IMG/VR virus record: IMGVR_UViG_3300000116_000002
Coordinates: 1-34,167 of that record
Length of the DNA: 34,167 nt
Direction: 5' to 3' (one strand)
Source: a virus
Position 1 is the stretch's first letter. Each line of letters starts with the position of its first letter. The translations under genes and the position numbers were made by a program. This document shows positions 1-9,108 of the stretch, piece by piece. The notes beneath the pieces are model-generated. The model saw only the letters and a program-made list of their open reading frames with translations, did no database searches and had not been told where the DNA came from.

Positions 1-105
1 CTCATCCATAGCGTCATCAAACACTTTTTCCATTTCAGCAACTCTTTCAGCAAGATTGTTGCCGTTAAAAGCGTCATCAAACTCTGGTATGTATTGGAAT
101 CTAAT
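1..105. repeat. Terminal direct repeat, copy 1 (identical to 34063..34167); circular-closure overlap
   Basis: Direct reading: ctcatccatagcgtcatcaaacac...gtattggaatctaat occurs at both window ends. Confidence 0.95.
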
Positions 106-2661
106 TCCTGTCAGGGCAGCTGTTGGTTCATTTCCTAACGCTTGAACGCTTGCCCGATCTGCCTGTCTTGCATCAGTGATGAATGTAAAACCATCCACGC
201 CTTTGTCTTGCAATATTTTTAAAATGTTTTCTGCAAAATTTACGTCTTGCCTGTCTCTGAAATATATTTCAACACCAGGTCTTGCATTAGCCGCGCCATC
301 TGGCACCACTTTTGAGACAAACACAGCGTCTTGATCATATTTACGCCCAGCCTCAACAATAGCATTTGTCATGTCTGTTGGGTCAAAATCAACCTGAGTA
401 ACGACTTCAAAATTCAAATTTCTTTCTCTGTCACCAGCAAACCCGCCAATAGATGGATTAGCTTGAACGCCAATCATCTTATCATCTTTTAATACTGGCG
501 CTAAAACTTCTTGCGCTAATTCATTTTGTTCAATGTTTGTTGGCACCATATCGGGGCGCTGTCTTGAAATACCAGCAGTAAAGCGCTGTGGCGCGCCCTC
601 TAGTGTGACTAGCTCTGCTTGGGCATCTGCTATTTGCTGTGGGGTGCTGCCTTTTTTGTTTATCACAGACCTTAGCTGTGCCACTCTTTCGCGATTAGCT
701 GAGCCGCCATAGACTGATTCATAGTCTAATGACCCGCCCTCGCCAGCTTTTGTTGTCCAGCCGTTCTTTGTCCACTTTTCTTTTTCTAAGAACCAAACAA
801 CAGCTTGCAAATCATCAGGGCCGATATCGCCAAGCTCAGGATTGACCTCTTTTATAATACCACTTGCATTTAGCTCGGCGGCTGCTTCAGAAAACACCTC
901 TTGTCCGAAACCAAATTCTGCACCTATTTGCGGGTCGTCAAATGTAGATTTTGTCAGATGTTTGCCGGAAACAGCTTTTTCTGCCGGCGGTGGTATGCGA
1001 GGCAAACCAGCAGCATCGCGCAGGAATCTAGCAGCCCACACATCAATGGTTGCTTCGTTGCCAAATCCAATCAAATTGCCGGTAAAGTTAATAGTTTTCG
1101 GCGCTTTATCTTTTTTGATCTGTCTAAACATATCAAGCAGCGCTTCTGTAGCTGCTGGGCTGTTGGTGTTGAATAATGCGCCTGATGCTTTGGTAATTAG
1201 CTTAAATGGGCTGTTTTCATCTTTGTGCAGTATGTTTAATTCTTTGCTGCTTAAAGTATCTCCAGACTCAATTCTGGCAGTATATATAGCGATTTCTTCA
1301 TCGAACTCGCCGCGTGAGAATCTTCTTAATACTTGCAACGCATTATCATAATTTTGTTGCACATTTGTTTGTGCTGACGTTGCGCCAATGATGTCTGCGA
1401 AAACATCAGCCAAGCCCCCAAATTCTTGACGCAGCCTAGTACGCATTGAGCGATACCAGTTAGCCTGATTGATAATTTCTATTGCGGCTGTGTCACCGTT
1501 TTTTGCACGTTCAACGATGTTGGCAACGTCCGATACGGTAACATCAACCAAATTTTGTTTATGCGCTGCCACTTGTGCTTTGCCGGCAGCGCCTTTTAAT
1601 TTTTCGCCTGGCGGAATGTGAAACGCATATGCCGGTTGTTGCCAATTAATTTCTAAACCGCCATCTTTATCAACTTTAAAAGTTGGCGTCCTTTTTGATG
1701 GATCTTTGATATTTTCGCCAGTTTGCACATTAATAGGCAACCAGCCATCCTCGGCCGGGTACTCATTCTTTATACGTTCAGCCTCAGTCACAACATCTTT
1801 CAATATTGCAGGGGCTGCTCCTTTTTTTGGTTTTTGATTTGCTACGTCTGTTTTTATAAGGTCACGCTCAGTTTTGTTGAGCTTCACAATGCGTTTTAAT
1901 GTTTGTGACGGCGAGCCCTCAGCATCTGATGATATCAAGGGCGTTGCCCCTACAGCTGTGGCAATGGTGTTTGTTGCATAACGTAAAAAAGTGGGGTTGT
2001 TTTTGATTAATCGCAGGGTTCCGATTATACCGTCAAACGCCAAACCAAGAGCCCCGCCCTGTACGCCAAGCCCGGCCCTGCTTCTAAGCCGCTCAAGCAC
2101 GGTATCTTCTTCTGATGACTCAACAGCCAAAAACTCAACAGCTTGCGGCAAAATGCCAAGGTCAATCAATGGCCGGATAAAACCACCTTCTTTGGGATCA
2201 AAGTACCCGCCCTCTGCCAGTGCAGATTTTCCGGCTATTCTAAGCGGCGTTGCAGCACCAGCGCCGGGCGTCATAACCATGCCAACACCGAACTGCACAA
2301 AGTCTCTAGCCAGCTGCCCTATCATCCCCTCTGGCTCTGGTATATCTGCCAAGCGTGATGGCGGCACCTTTACTTGTAATCGTTGGTTGGCAAGCGCGGC
2401 AGCCGGGCCAAAGAAACCAGCCTCTAACAGATCAGAACCTGTTTCCATACCAACATTTGCCGCATCAACAGCACCGCCAAGCCCAACATTGTAGGCAGCA
2501 CTTTTAAGTTGCTTGCTGACATTTTCGCCAGCTTCCTCAAGCTCGCTGATAGGCGTTCCCATGACTTCTATTTCTGGTTCAGGCTTTTTGATCGAGCCCA
2601 TGAGATAGCGCTGTGCATCAGCTGCGTCGTAGGCGTTTAGCTGTTCTGATTCGTAATCCAA
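1..2661 (-). CDS. Large virion (internal/ejection-type) protein, N-terminal 887 codons; continues across the circular junction to stop TAG at 33868 (951 aa in total)
   Basis: I translated the minus strand by hand from TTG 2661. A GAGGGA Shine-Dalgarno lies 6 nt upstream, and an alternative ATG is at 2601. The frame is open to base 1 and is in frame with the MEKVFDDAMDE ORF listed at 33868..34095. The ORF track omits it because it runs off the window edge. It sits among internal virion protein genes. Confidence 0.8.
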   Translation of the reverse strand, partial: MDYESEQLNAYDAADAQRYLMGSIKKPEPEIEVMGTPISELEEAGENVSKQLKSAAYNVGLGGAVDAANVGMETGSDLLEAGFFGPAAALANQRLQVKVPPSRLADIPEPEGMIGQLARDFVQFGVGMVMTPGAGAATPLRIAGKSALAEGGYFDPKEGGFIRPLIDLGILPQAVEFLAVESSEEDTVLERLRSRAGLGVQGGALGLAFDGIIGTLRLIKNNPTFLRYATNTIATAVGATPLISSDAEGSPSQTLKRIVKLNKTERDLIKTDVANQKPKKGAAPAILKDVVTEAERIKNEYPAEDGWLPINVQTGENIKDPSKRTPTFKVDKDGGLEINWQQPAYAFHIPPGEKLKGAAGKAQVAAHKQNLVDVTVSDVANIVERAKNGDTAAIEIINQANWYRSMRTRLRQEFGGLADVFADIIGATSAQTNVQQNYDNALQVLRRFSRGEFDEEIAIYTARIESGDTLSSKELNILHKDENSPFKLITKASGALFNTNSPAATEALLDMFRQIKKDKAPKTINFTGNLIGFGNEATIDVWAARFLRDAAGLPRIPPPAEKAVSGKHLTKSTFDDPQIGAEFGFGQEVFSEAAAELNASGIIKEVNPELGDIGPDDLQAVVWFLEKEKWTKNGWTTKAGEGGSLDYESVYGGSANRERVAQLRSVINKKGSTPQQIADAQAELVTLEGAPQRFTAGISRQRPDMVPTNIEQNELAQEVLAPVLKDDKMIGVQANPSIGGFAGDRERNLNFEVVTQVDFDPTDMTNAIVEAGRKYDQDAVFVSKVVPDGAANARPGVEIYFRDRQDVNFAENILKILQDKGVDGFTFITDARQADRASVQALGNEPTAALTGIRFQYIPEFDDAFNGNNLAERVAEMEKVFDDAMDE

Positions 2662-2663
2662 TG

Positions 2664-4490
2664 CTAATCCCTCAACAGTTTTTCATAGCTTTTAATTGTT
2701 TGCACTACGCCGAGCGTCAAAGGATTTTGCGGATCTGACTGTAATCGTTGTTGCAAAAATACTTTTGCGGCTTCGATATCTGAAGGCAACCCCGGCATCG
2801 TTCTTTGTTGGCCTAGTATATAAGACGTAAGCGCTTCGCCCATCATCTGTTTATATTCGACATCATTAGCGGCTATAATCTCACGCGCTTTCTTTACTGT
2901 TTCCTGATAGGTTGCCCCAGCCCCCTCACCTACAGTGTTCAGCCAATCATCGAGTTCAAACATACTTTGCTGGTACATAGCGTCAGACGCATCACCCAGC
3001 GCATTGTTACTGTCTTTAAACTCATTATATCGCAGTCTGCTTCCGATTAAGCCCTTTGCGGCTGTGCGGCCTTCTTTGCCTTCCGTGATAGCGCGCTTAA
3101 AATATGCGTTATAATCAGTCGTTGATAACTTATCTGCAAACGTATCAACCAAGGCCACAGTCAGAGTGTTGTCGTTATCAGCTTTATTTAAAGCTCTGAC
3201 AGCATCTTTGCTGGTTTTGATATCAGTGCCGGCTGTAGTTTTCTGTAGACCCAGCCTTTTCTCAGCTGCGTTGCGCTCTGATGCTGTATAAAAATTATCT
3301 TTTAGCAATTCTTTGTGCAGCGCTTTTGCAGCGGTCATTGCTTCTGCATCAGCTGTATCAACATTGATGATTGTCTGAAAATTCTTTTTGTTTTCTTCGT
3401 CTGCCGCTTCTTCATCGGCCTCTTCTTTTTCGCGTCGTTCTGTGTCTATTTTGTTGCCTAGCGTGAACATGTCACTAATTAGTTTGACTTGATCGCCGGC
3501 ATCCATTTGGTTGATCACTGATTGCATCACGGGATCTTGTATGTCGCCTTGAGCAATTTGTAAGACAACCGCTTCAGCAGATGGCGCCTCAGTCATTACG
3601 CCTAAAAACGTCTGACGCACTGTGTCATCAGCTGCGGCACGTTTTCTTTTCTCACCCTCATCAGCTGTGATGGTGTTGTTGGTTACCGCTTTGTTAATGT
3701 CAGCGACCAAATCTGTGTAAGCGGTTGTCCGTTCCTGCACTGTGCGATTACGCACATCGCCGGCAATATTTACCCGCTTGTTTGTGTTGCTCTCCAGTAT
3801 TGCAGCATCGGCTTTCTGGGCTCGATCACGCACTGATACAAAAGCGGCTCTTGATAGTTTTGCAGCTTCAGACTCTTTTATATATCCATCCGCTGCCATT
3901 TGCTCATAATGACCGACTATATTTTTTGATGGATCGCCAAACAATTTTTCGTTTGCGATAGTTCGTTGGGCTTGGTTGCCCATCACAATGTCGTCCATTA
4001 GCTCATCAGCTTTGCGAAACCCGTTAGCCTTGTTTTGATCAATCAGCCGGTTTCGGGCGCCTTGGTTGACGTTTATCGTAAATGTATTGAGGCTGTCGCG
4101 CGCATTTTTTTGAAAAGCTCGACGCACACGCTTGTCATCGATGTTAGCTAAAATGTTGTTAATTTTTTGTTGACCAAGCGAAGCAAACCCCTGTGTGCCT
4201 TTATTTGGCTGGTCATATAGAACATCGTTAGGTGTTCGAGTTGTTTGCTGTTGTTCTAGCTGTTGCAGCTCTTGTTTTAGCTCAAACTCAGCATCATCCA
4301 GCTCAGACTGTCTTTTGATCTTTTGTTCATTTGCATAATAATCAACAGCTAGTTTTTCAGCTGCCGACACAAATTCACCAGCAGCGCGCAATCCGGCAGA
4401 CAAAGCGCCGGGGTTGGCTTGCACACTAAACATGGTAGCGCCAGTTTTTTCTGTTACAGCTGTTTGCTGTCTGTATGTTGGCACTTTCAT
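2664..4490 (-). CDS. Internal virion / ejection protein (T7 gp15-like position), coiled-coil rich, 608 aa
   Basis: Long ORF whose start abuts the stop of the upstream ORF. Composition is rich in Gln, Glu, Ala and Lys and looks helical. The call rests on its place in the T7-type structural gene order. Confidence 0.65.
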   Translation of the reverse strand: MKVPTYRQQTAVTEKTGATMFSVQANPGALSAGLRAAGEFVSAAEKLAVDYYANEQKIKRQSELDDAEFELKQELQQLEQQQTTRTPNDVLYDQPNKGTQGFASLGQQKINNILANIDDKRVRRAFQKNARDSLNTFTINVNQGARNRLIDQNKANGFRKADELMDDIVMGNQAQRTIANEKLFGDPSKNIVGHYEQMAADGYIKESEAAKLSRAAFVSVRDRAQKADAAILESNTNKRVNIAGDVRNRTVQERTTAYTDLVADINKAVTNNTITADEGEKRKRAAADDTVRQTFLGVMTEAPSAEAVVLQIAQGDIQDPVMQSVINQMDAGDQVKLISDMFTLGNKIDTERREKEEADEEAADEENKKNFQTIINVDTADAEAMTAAKALHKELLKDNFYTASERNAAEKRLGLQKTTAGTDIKTSKDAVRALNKADNDNTLTVALVDTFADKLSTTDYNAYFKRAITEGKEGRTAAKGLIGSRLRYNEFKDSNNALGDASDAMYQQSMFELDDWLNTVGEGAGATYQETVKKAREIIAANDVEYKQMMGEALTSYILGQQRTMPGLPSDIEAAKVFLQQRLQSDPQNPLTLGVVQTIKSYEKLLRD

Positions 4491-4939
4491 TATGATGCCG
4501 CATATATTGAGGTTGCTGTATTCATTAAGCTCTGGGCAGCTCTGGCCTTGCCTCTGGTTGCCGCAGCCTTGCCATACATTCTGTTGAGCTGGCCTTGCAA
4601 TCGTGACTCCACGCCTTTTTCGCGCAGTGTCTGAGCGCCAACAGCAGCGTTGTATCTGCGTGTTTCTATCTCGGCGTCGGCCTCTTGTGCATTGGCCAGC
4701 GCTACTTTGAGCGGTGTGCCTTCCTCAGCGATCCATCCATTGTAACGATACGCCTGTTGCGTCGCATCTTGCAGATCTTGGAAATCTTCACGAAATTTCA
4801 CAATGTTCTGTTCTTCTGTGAAAATAAGTTGTGCCGCTTCCTGATCTGCCGCTTTGGCATTTCGCTCGTTAACATCAGCGTTAAAGTTATATGCCGCCTG
4901 TTCCTGCTGACCGGCCTGATATTCAAACAAAAAGCCCAT
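4490..4939 (-). CDS. Small internal virion protein (T7 gp14-like position), 149 aa
   Basis: ORF tightly packed between the gp13-like and 608-aa genes. Composition is Ala/Gln/Glu-rich and helical. Confidence 0.55.
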   Translation of the reverse strand: MGFLFEYQAGQQEQAAYNFNADVNERNAKAADQEAAQLIFTEEQNIVKFREDFQDLQDATQQAYRYNGWIAEEGTPLKVALANAQEADAEIETRRYNAAVGAQTLREKGVESRLQGQLNRMYGKAAATRGKARAAQSLMNTATSIYAAS

Positions 4940-5383
4940 TTAACTTACCTTTGCTATTCTGATGTAGTCTGCTTGTTCTGGGCCGTATTTACGCATCAGC
5001 CCCTCTTCTTCGAATCCCATCAACCGGGCAAAGCGCCGCGCTGCCGGCCAGTCTGCTTTGCAAACACCCTGCACCCGCCACAGTTTGTTTTTCGCTACTA
5101 CGACATCCATTACGTCTGTTTTGGCAAATCTTATGAACGGTCTGACATTTTCATGAATCTTGCTCGATGCTATAAACCAAGCCTCACCGACGCCCGGCCA
5201 CATATCAACGATGCCGCAGCAACACAATATGTGACCATTTTCTATAAGAGTGTATGACCAGCCAGGTTGCTGTAATGTTTCGGCGTATGATCGCATATAG
5301 CCTATGTTCTTGACCGCGCCATCGTTTAGGTCGCCATCCATAAGCTCATAAAGATGAGCCTCTTCGTAGTCTAAAATTCTCAC
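4940..5383 (-). CDS. T7 gp13-like internal virion protein A / GNAT-like fold protein, 147 aa
   Basis: It lies directly after the tail tubular B-like gene and overlaps it by 4 nt. The segment CCCGIVDMWPGVGEAWFIASS resembles gp13/DUF2833-type proteins, from memory and unverified. Confidence 0.5.
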   Translation of the reverse strand: MRILDYEEAHLYELMDGDLNDGAVKNIGYMRSYAETLQQPGWSYTLIENGHILCCCGIVDMWPGVGEAWFIASSKIHENVRPFIRFAKTDVMDVVVAKNKLWRVQGVCKADWPAARRFARLMGFEEEGLMRKYGPEQADYIRIAKVS

Positions 5384-7971
5384 TGATCAAATGTAATCAG
5401 ACGCGGGAAAATGCCGATTATGGTCAGCGGCAGCGGCTGATCCTGCCGGACAACCACAAAACCATCTGTGTCAAACCCACCTCTGAACTCTATCTCTTTA
5501 TCGCCAGTAAACAGCGGTATCGCCGCGCTCATGGCTTGCGCTGATGATCTAAACGGTATGCGATCCAGCTCTGTTTCTGAGCTGCCTACAGTAACACCGA
5601 CTGTGCGGAACAATCTAAGCACTACCTCATGTATTCGCTTTGTTTTACCCTGCGCTGTCCCCTCAGTGCCGCCAGCCTCAATACGCATGGTTTGCAATGT
5701 TGAGTTATAATTTAATCCGATATGCGCTTTGGTTACAGCAAAGTCTAAAGTAATGGCACCAGAGCTGACGGTTTTATTTGGATGCGTTGAGCCGTTTGCA
5801 AGTATTGAGACAACTTCGCCCTCTAAGTGACTGAGTCCACTAATGGATGTGGCCGACGCTCCAGAGTATGTCAGGCCGCTATCTATAAAGAACGCATCCT
5901 CAACATCTGTGCCAAAATCAAAGCTGCTAAAATATTCTACATATCGTTTTGTCGCGCCATTAACTGTTCGCTGCACAACCAGATAGGTATCATCCTCATT
6001 AAGATCACCTGGTATCGTTGCCACACTCTCGACCAGCGCATGGGTCTGATCTGTTGTTGTAAGCCTGGTAGTGTCTGAGCTGACCACAGATAGAAACCCG
6101 GTAGGTGTCGGGCTTGTCTCTTCTATGGTAACGATTGCAGCTGCCGGGTTGGCTACGGTAAAATCAGCGTGTGCGTTGATTGCCGTAAAAATATTGTCAG
6201 CTGTGGTGTTGTTATTAGTATTTGGCCTAAAACCCAAAGATGATGACGGGTCAGAGCTACCAGCTGCCTCTGATGTGAAAGTTACTGTCGTCCCATCGCT
6301 TTTTGTAAAGGTCAGTGTCGTGCCAGTGGCTATATTGGCGTAGTCGCTGACCGTAACAGTGCAAGCGCCAGATCTGCCACCAATGATATGCTCATGCCAG
6401 GCAATGACGTTTTCTTCGCGCCGGTAGGTCATCCCGGCAAATAGGCCATTCTCCAACACGCACCAGACGACGTTATCGGGCTCTTGTTGCAGTGACATCT
6501 CTTTGATGCCGGTATCGGTGATATGCTCTGCCAATAGCGTCAGATCGGGCGCCTGATAGCTATCTGTATTGAGATCGAACACCAGCTCACGCAGTTTACG
6601 CTTTGCACGCTGCACAAACAGCGTCACGTTGGCCACCTGTACGGGTTGGATGTCTGCCGACCCATATGTGGCCTGACGCTTCACAACGGCGTTTGTAGGG
6701 CTTAGAGGGGCGTCCTCAGAGCTTGTGACCACAAACTCACCGCCGGATGTTCCAACCAGCAGCACACGGCCAGCCTGTAGATATCTAATGATGTTGACCT
6801 GGTTCGATCCTAATGTGTAGGTCAGCGCGTCATCAGCGTCGGTGCCGTCTGCAAAGTCCTCAAAGCTGCCACCCACAGAAAAGAACAATGTCTGTGGCTG
6901 GGCTGTGGTTGATGCAAACACCAGGCGCTGTTCGTAGAACGCGACGGCTGATGGAAAGCCGGTAGTCGTTGAAAACGCGCCTAATGACCAGTCTGTACTG
7001 GCTGTTAGATCTCCAGAAATTGTCACGCTGTCGCCAGCAGCTTCATCTGTTAAATCAGCACTGGGCGCTAGCAGCAACGTATCTTCCGTCACTTTTACAA
7101 TGATAGCTGACGTTTCGTTATTGTTACTGTCGGTAAAGCCTGTGACTGTAATTTTTTGCCCGACCTTGAATCCTTGGGCTACAAACTGCCCGGCTGTGTC
7201 CTGATAGCGGTCATTGTGTTCCAGGCCGGTTGATGACGGGTCGCCCTCATGGGCTGATATTGTGGTCGCGGCATAACTCGGCATTAGCTCTGCCCGGCCA
7301 TCAGCATTGGTCTGCACGGCTGTTGCAACCACAGTAGCGCTGGTAAAGCCGGTAATCTTGGTCACACCATCATGCACTTTGATTAGCCGGCCAACGTCGG
7401 TGCTAACAAATGTACTGGTGCTGGCGGTCACATTGACCGTGCCGGTACGGCCTGATGCCAGAAATGTTGTAGCGGTGGTGTTTTCGTCTTGAAACGGCCC
7501 CCGCAGAAAATCAACCTCTGCAATCGTCCAGGCTGTGTGGCTGGTTCTGGTAATCTTGCGCGGCGAAAAGTCAGGGTGCGCCACATACATGACATCGGCG
7601 CTTTGTGTAAATTTTATCTTGGCAAGATCAGTGTGAGCATAGGGTGTACTGACCTCAATAGGATCACTGCTACCATCAACCACCGTGCCGCCATCTTTGT
7701 GGATACGAAAGTATGTGTCGCCAAACTCAAGGATATAGGTTTGCTCGACGTTAAACTCAAATGGGATCAGGCGCACATTATGGGCGCTGTTCTTGACCTC
7801 ACGCACAAAGATAGTGCCGGGGCGCCGGCTGGCACCGCCATGCGGATGCACAATAAAATTCTGTAGTTTTTTGCAGCCACTGAAATATTTTTGCAGATCG
7901 GTGCGGCCATCGAGCCTGGGGCTCAGCTCACCGGCTGTAAAATTAGTAAAGGCTGGCGACGCTTTGGCCAT
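5380..7971 (-). CDS. Tail tubular protein B-like (nozzle) protein, 863 aa
   Basis: The size and the position directly after a gp11-like 196-aa gene fit. The N-terminus FTNFTAGELSPRLDGRTDLQKY...RRPGT is typical of podovirus gp12-like proteins, from memory. Confidence 0.7.
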   Translation of the reverse strand: MAKASPAFTNFTAGELSPRLDGRTDLQKYFSGCKKLQNFIVHPHGGASRRPGTIFVREVKNSAHNVRLIPFEFNVEQTYILEFGDTYFRIHKDGGTVVDGSSDPIEVSTPYAHTDLAKIKFTQSADVMYVAHPDFSPRKITRTSHTAWTIAEVDFLRGPFQDENTTATTFLASGRTGTVNVTASTSTFVSTDVGRLIKVHDGVTKITGFTSATVVATAVQTNADGRAELMPSYAATTISAHEGDPSSTGLEHNDRYQDTAGQFVAQGFKVGQKITVTGFTDSNNNETSAIIVKVTEDTLLLAPSADLTDEAAGDSVTISGDLTASTDWSLGAFSTTTGFPSAVAFYEQRLVFASTTAQPQTLFFSVGGSFEDFADGTDADDALTYTLGSNQVNIIRYLQAGRVLLVGTSGGEFVVTSSEDAPLSPTNAVVKRQATYGSADIQPVQVANVTLFVQRAKRKLRELVFDLNTDSYQAPDLTLLAEHITDTGIKEMSLQQEPDNVVWCVLENGLFAGMTYRREENVIAWHEHIIGGRSGACTVTVSDYANIATGTTLTFTKSDGTTVTFTSEAAGSSDPSSSLGFRPNTNNNTTADNIFTAINAHADFTVANPAAAIVTIEETSPTPTGFLSVVSSDTTRLTTTDQTHALVESVATIPGDLNEDDTYLVVQRTVNGATKRYVEYFSSFDFGTDVEDAFFIDSGLTYSGASATSISGLSHLEGEVVSILANGSTHPNKTVSSGAITLDFAVTKAHIGLNYNSTLQTMRIEAGGTEGTAQGKTKRIHEVVLRLFRTVGVTVGSSETELDRIPFRSSAQAMSAAIPLFTGDKEIEFRGGFDTDGFVVVRQDQPLPLTIIGIFPRLITFDQ

Positions 7972-8562
7972 TTAAAATCTCGCGTTGATAAATGTATCAG
8001 CAGCGACTGTTCTGCTTTCATTAACAATCGATGTGTTAATTGCGTTATCTTCAGTCGCGTCCACAAAACGTGCTTCGGTCAGTTTGGTCTGGTAAAGGCT
8101 ATACATATTGGAGCCGAGCGCTGATGAGCCGACCAGCGGATAGGCAAGGTCTGCGGCCAGTGCAGCTGCCAGTGTTTCGATTAGCAGCGTGTCGTACTGG
8201 TTCACGTCAGTAACGCGCGCTATGTATATCATCTGGATTGTGCTTTCGTTGCACAACAGTTTGCGCCCCTCTACCCGGTAAAGGGTATTCGCATCGCTAA
8301 GGCCAAGAACACGCAAACAGAACGGATCGGTCGGCAATGTGAATTGCTGTGTAAATTCAAAAACCGGGGTGGCGGTATCTGGTGCCAGAGCCACTCGGGT
8401 GGTCAAGCTGTTCCAGGGGTGAGCCCGGAATGTTGCATCTCGCACAAAGTCATAGCGCTGGTTGCACAGCCGTGCCGCCTTGCTGTCCTCAGTAAGCGCA
8501 ATAATATTTGACGCGCCGATCTGATTAAGTGCGCTGTTACAGATATCAACAACAGATGCCAT
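7972..8562 (-). CDS. Tail tubular protein A-like (adaptor, T7 gp11-like), 196 aa
   Basis: 196 aa, the same length as T7 gp11. The N-terminus VVDICNSALNQIGAS...RYDFVRD...HPW has a gp11-like pattern. It follows the capsid genes. Confidence 0.7.
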   Translation of the reverse strand: MASVVDICNSALNQIGASNIIALTEDSKAARLCNQRYDFVRDATFRAHPWNSLTTRVALAPDTATPVFEFTQQFTLPTDPFCLRVLGLSDANTLYRVEGRKLLCNESTIQMIYIARVTDVNQYDTLLIETLAAALAADLAYPLVGSSALGSNMYSLYQTKLTEARFVDATEDNAINTSIVNESRTVAADTFINARF

Positions 8563-8571
8563 GAAACCCTC

Positions 8572-8612
8572 ATAAAAGAAAAGGCCAGCCCAACACTGAG
8601 CTGGACTGGCCT
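8572..8612 (-). terminator. Rho-independent terminator after the capsid/decoration genes
   Basis: The minus strand reads AGGCCAGTCCAGC-TCAGT-GTTGGGCTGGCCT, a 13-bp stem with two G-U pairs. It is followed by TTTTCTTTTAT and sits in the 55-nt gap after the 159-aa ORF. Confidence 0.7.
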
Positions 8613-8617
8613 ATAGG

Positions 8618-9097
8618 TTAGTTCACAACGTAGTGGATTAGAAACGACATGGTTCCAGCAGTGCCACCTGTGGCGTTGAAAGTCACCGCCACATAGTAGT
8701 ACCCGCCAGGGTCAGTCGTATCACCCGCTAGTTCGAACACTTTTTTGCCAGCAGTATCGATATTTGCTGCCTCAAAGCGCACGTCAGCCATTCCCGCAGC
8801 GTCAGCCACTGATGTTGCAAAGACATCTTCGTCTTTCACAGTGCCGTCTGCCAGGTATAGACCCACGTTGAACGTACAAGACCCGCCGAATGTATCGGTG
8901 CCGATAAAAATCTGCGGGAGAGTTGCATGGCTTGGAACTGGCGCCAGCATGACAATATCATTGTCTGTGCTATCACCAGCCACTAGCTCGATGGTGCCTT
9001 GTGCGACACGCAGTTCACCGCCAAGCAGTGCCGCATCGTTAAACACCTGAGGGCTAGCTTCAAAGTTTGCAACCAAGTCTGAGTTTTTAGTTGTCAT
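8618..9097 (-). CDS. Virion structural protein, possible capsid decoration/cement protein, 159 aa
   Basis: It lies immediately downstream of the major capsid gene and upstream of a terminator. Composition is beta-rich (Gly/Thr/Val/Asp). The function is inferred from BPP-1-type head modules only. Confidence 0.45.
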   Translation of the reverse strand: MTTKNSDLVANFEASPQVFNDAALLGGELRVAQGTIELVAGDSTDNDIVMLAPVPSHATLPQIFIGTDTFGGSCTFNVGLYLADGTVKDEDVFATSVADAAGMADVRFEAANIDTAGKKVFELAGDTTDPGGYYYVAVTFNATGGTAGTMSFLIHYVVN

Positions 9098-9108
9098 GAC
9101 TAGCTCCC

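Noticed and set aside
1-105. The 105-bp repeat as true direct terminal repeats marking physical genome ends
   Set aside because: The repeat lies inside a long open reading frame that continues seamlessly across the junction. Circular or permuted assembly closure is the simpler explanation, though read-level data would be needed to exclude it.
842-2494. Plus-strand ORFs listed at 842..1351, 901..1176, 1991..2494 and 2143..2358
   Set aside because: All are antisense to the continuous 951-aa minus-strand frame. Their translations are low-complexity (Ser/Ala/Pro/Cys-rich) and lack Shine-Dalgarno sequences. They are shadow ORFs of the real gene.
4685-5257. 190-aa plus-strand ORF, and similar long plus-strand ORFs at 14016..14648, 17525..18082, 23787..24269, 31855..32349 and 33367..33768
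   Set aside because: Each lies fully antisense to a minus-strand gene with recognisable motifs or strong context: the gp13-like gene, terL, the VRR-NUC/methyltransferase genes, the endolysin and the 1085-aa protein. Their composition is typical of antisense frames.
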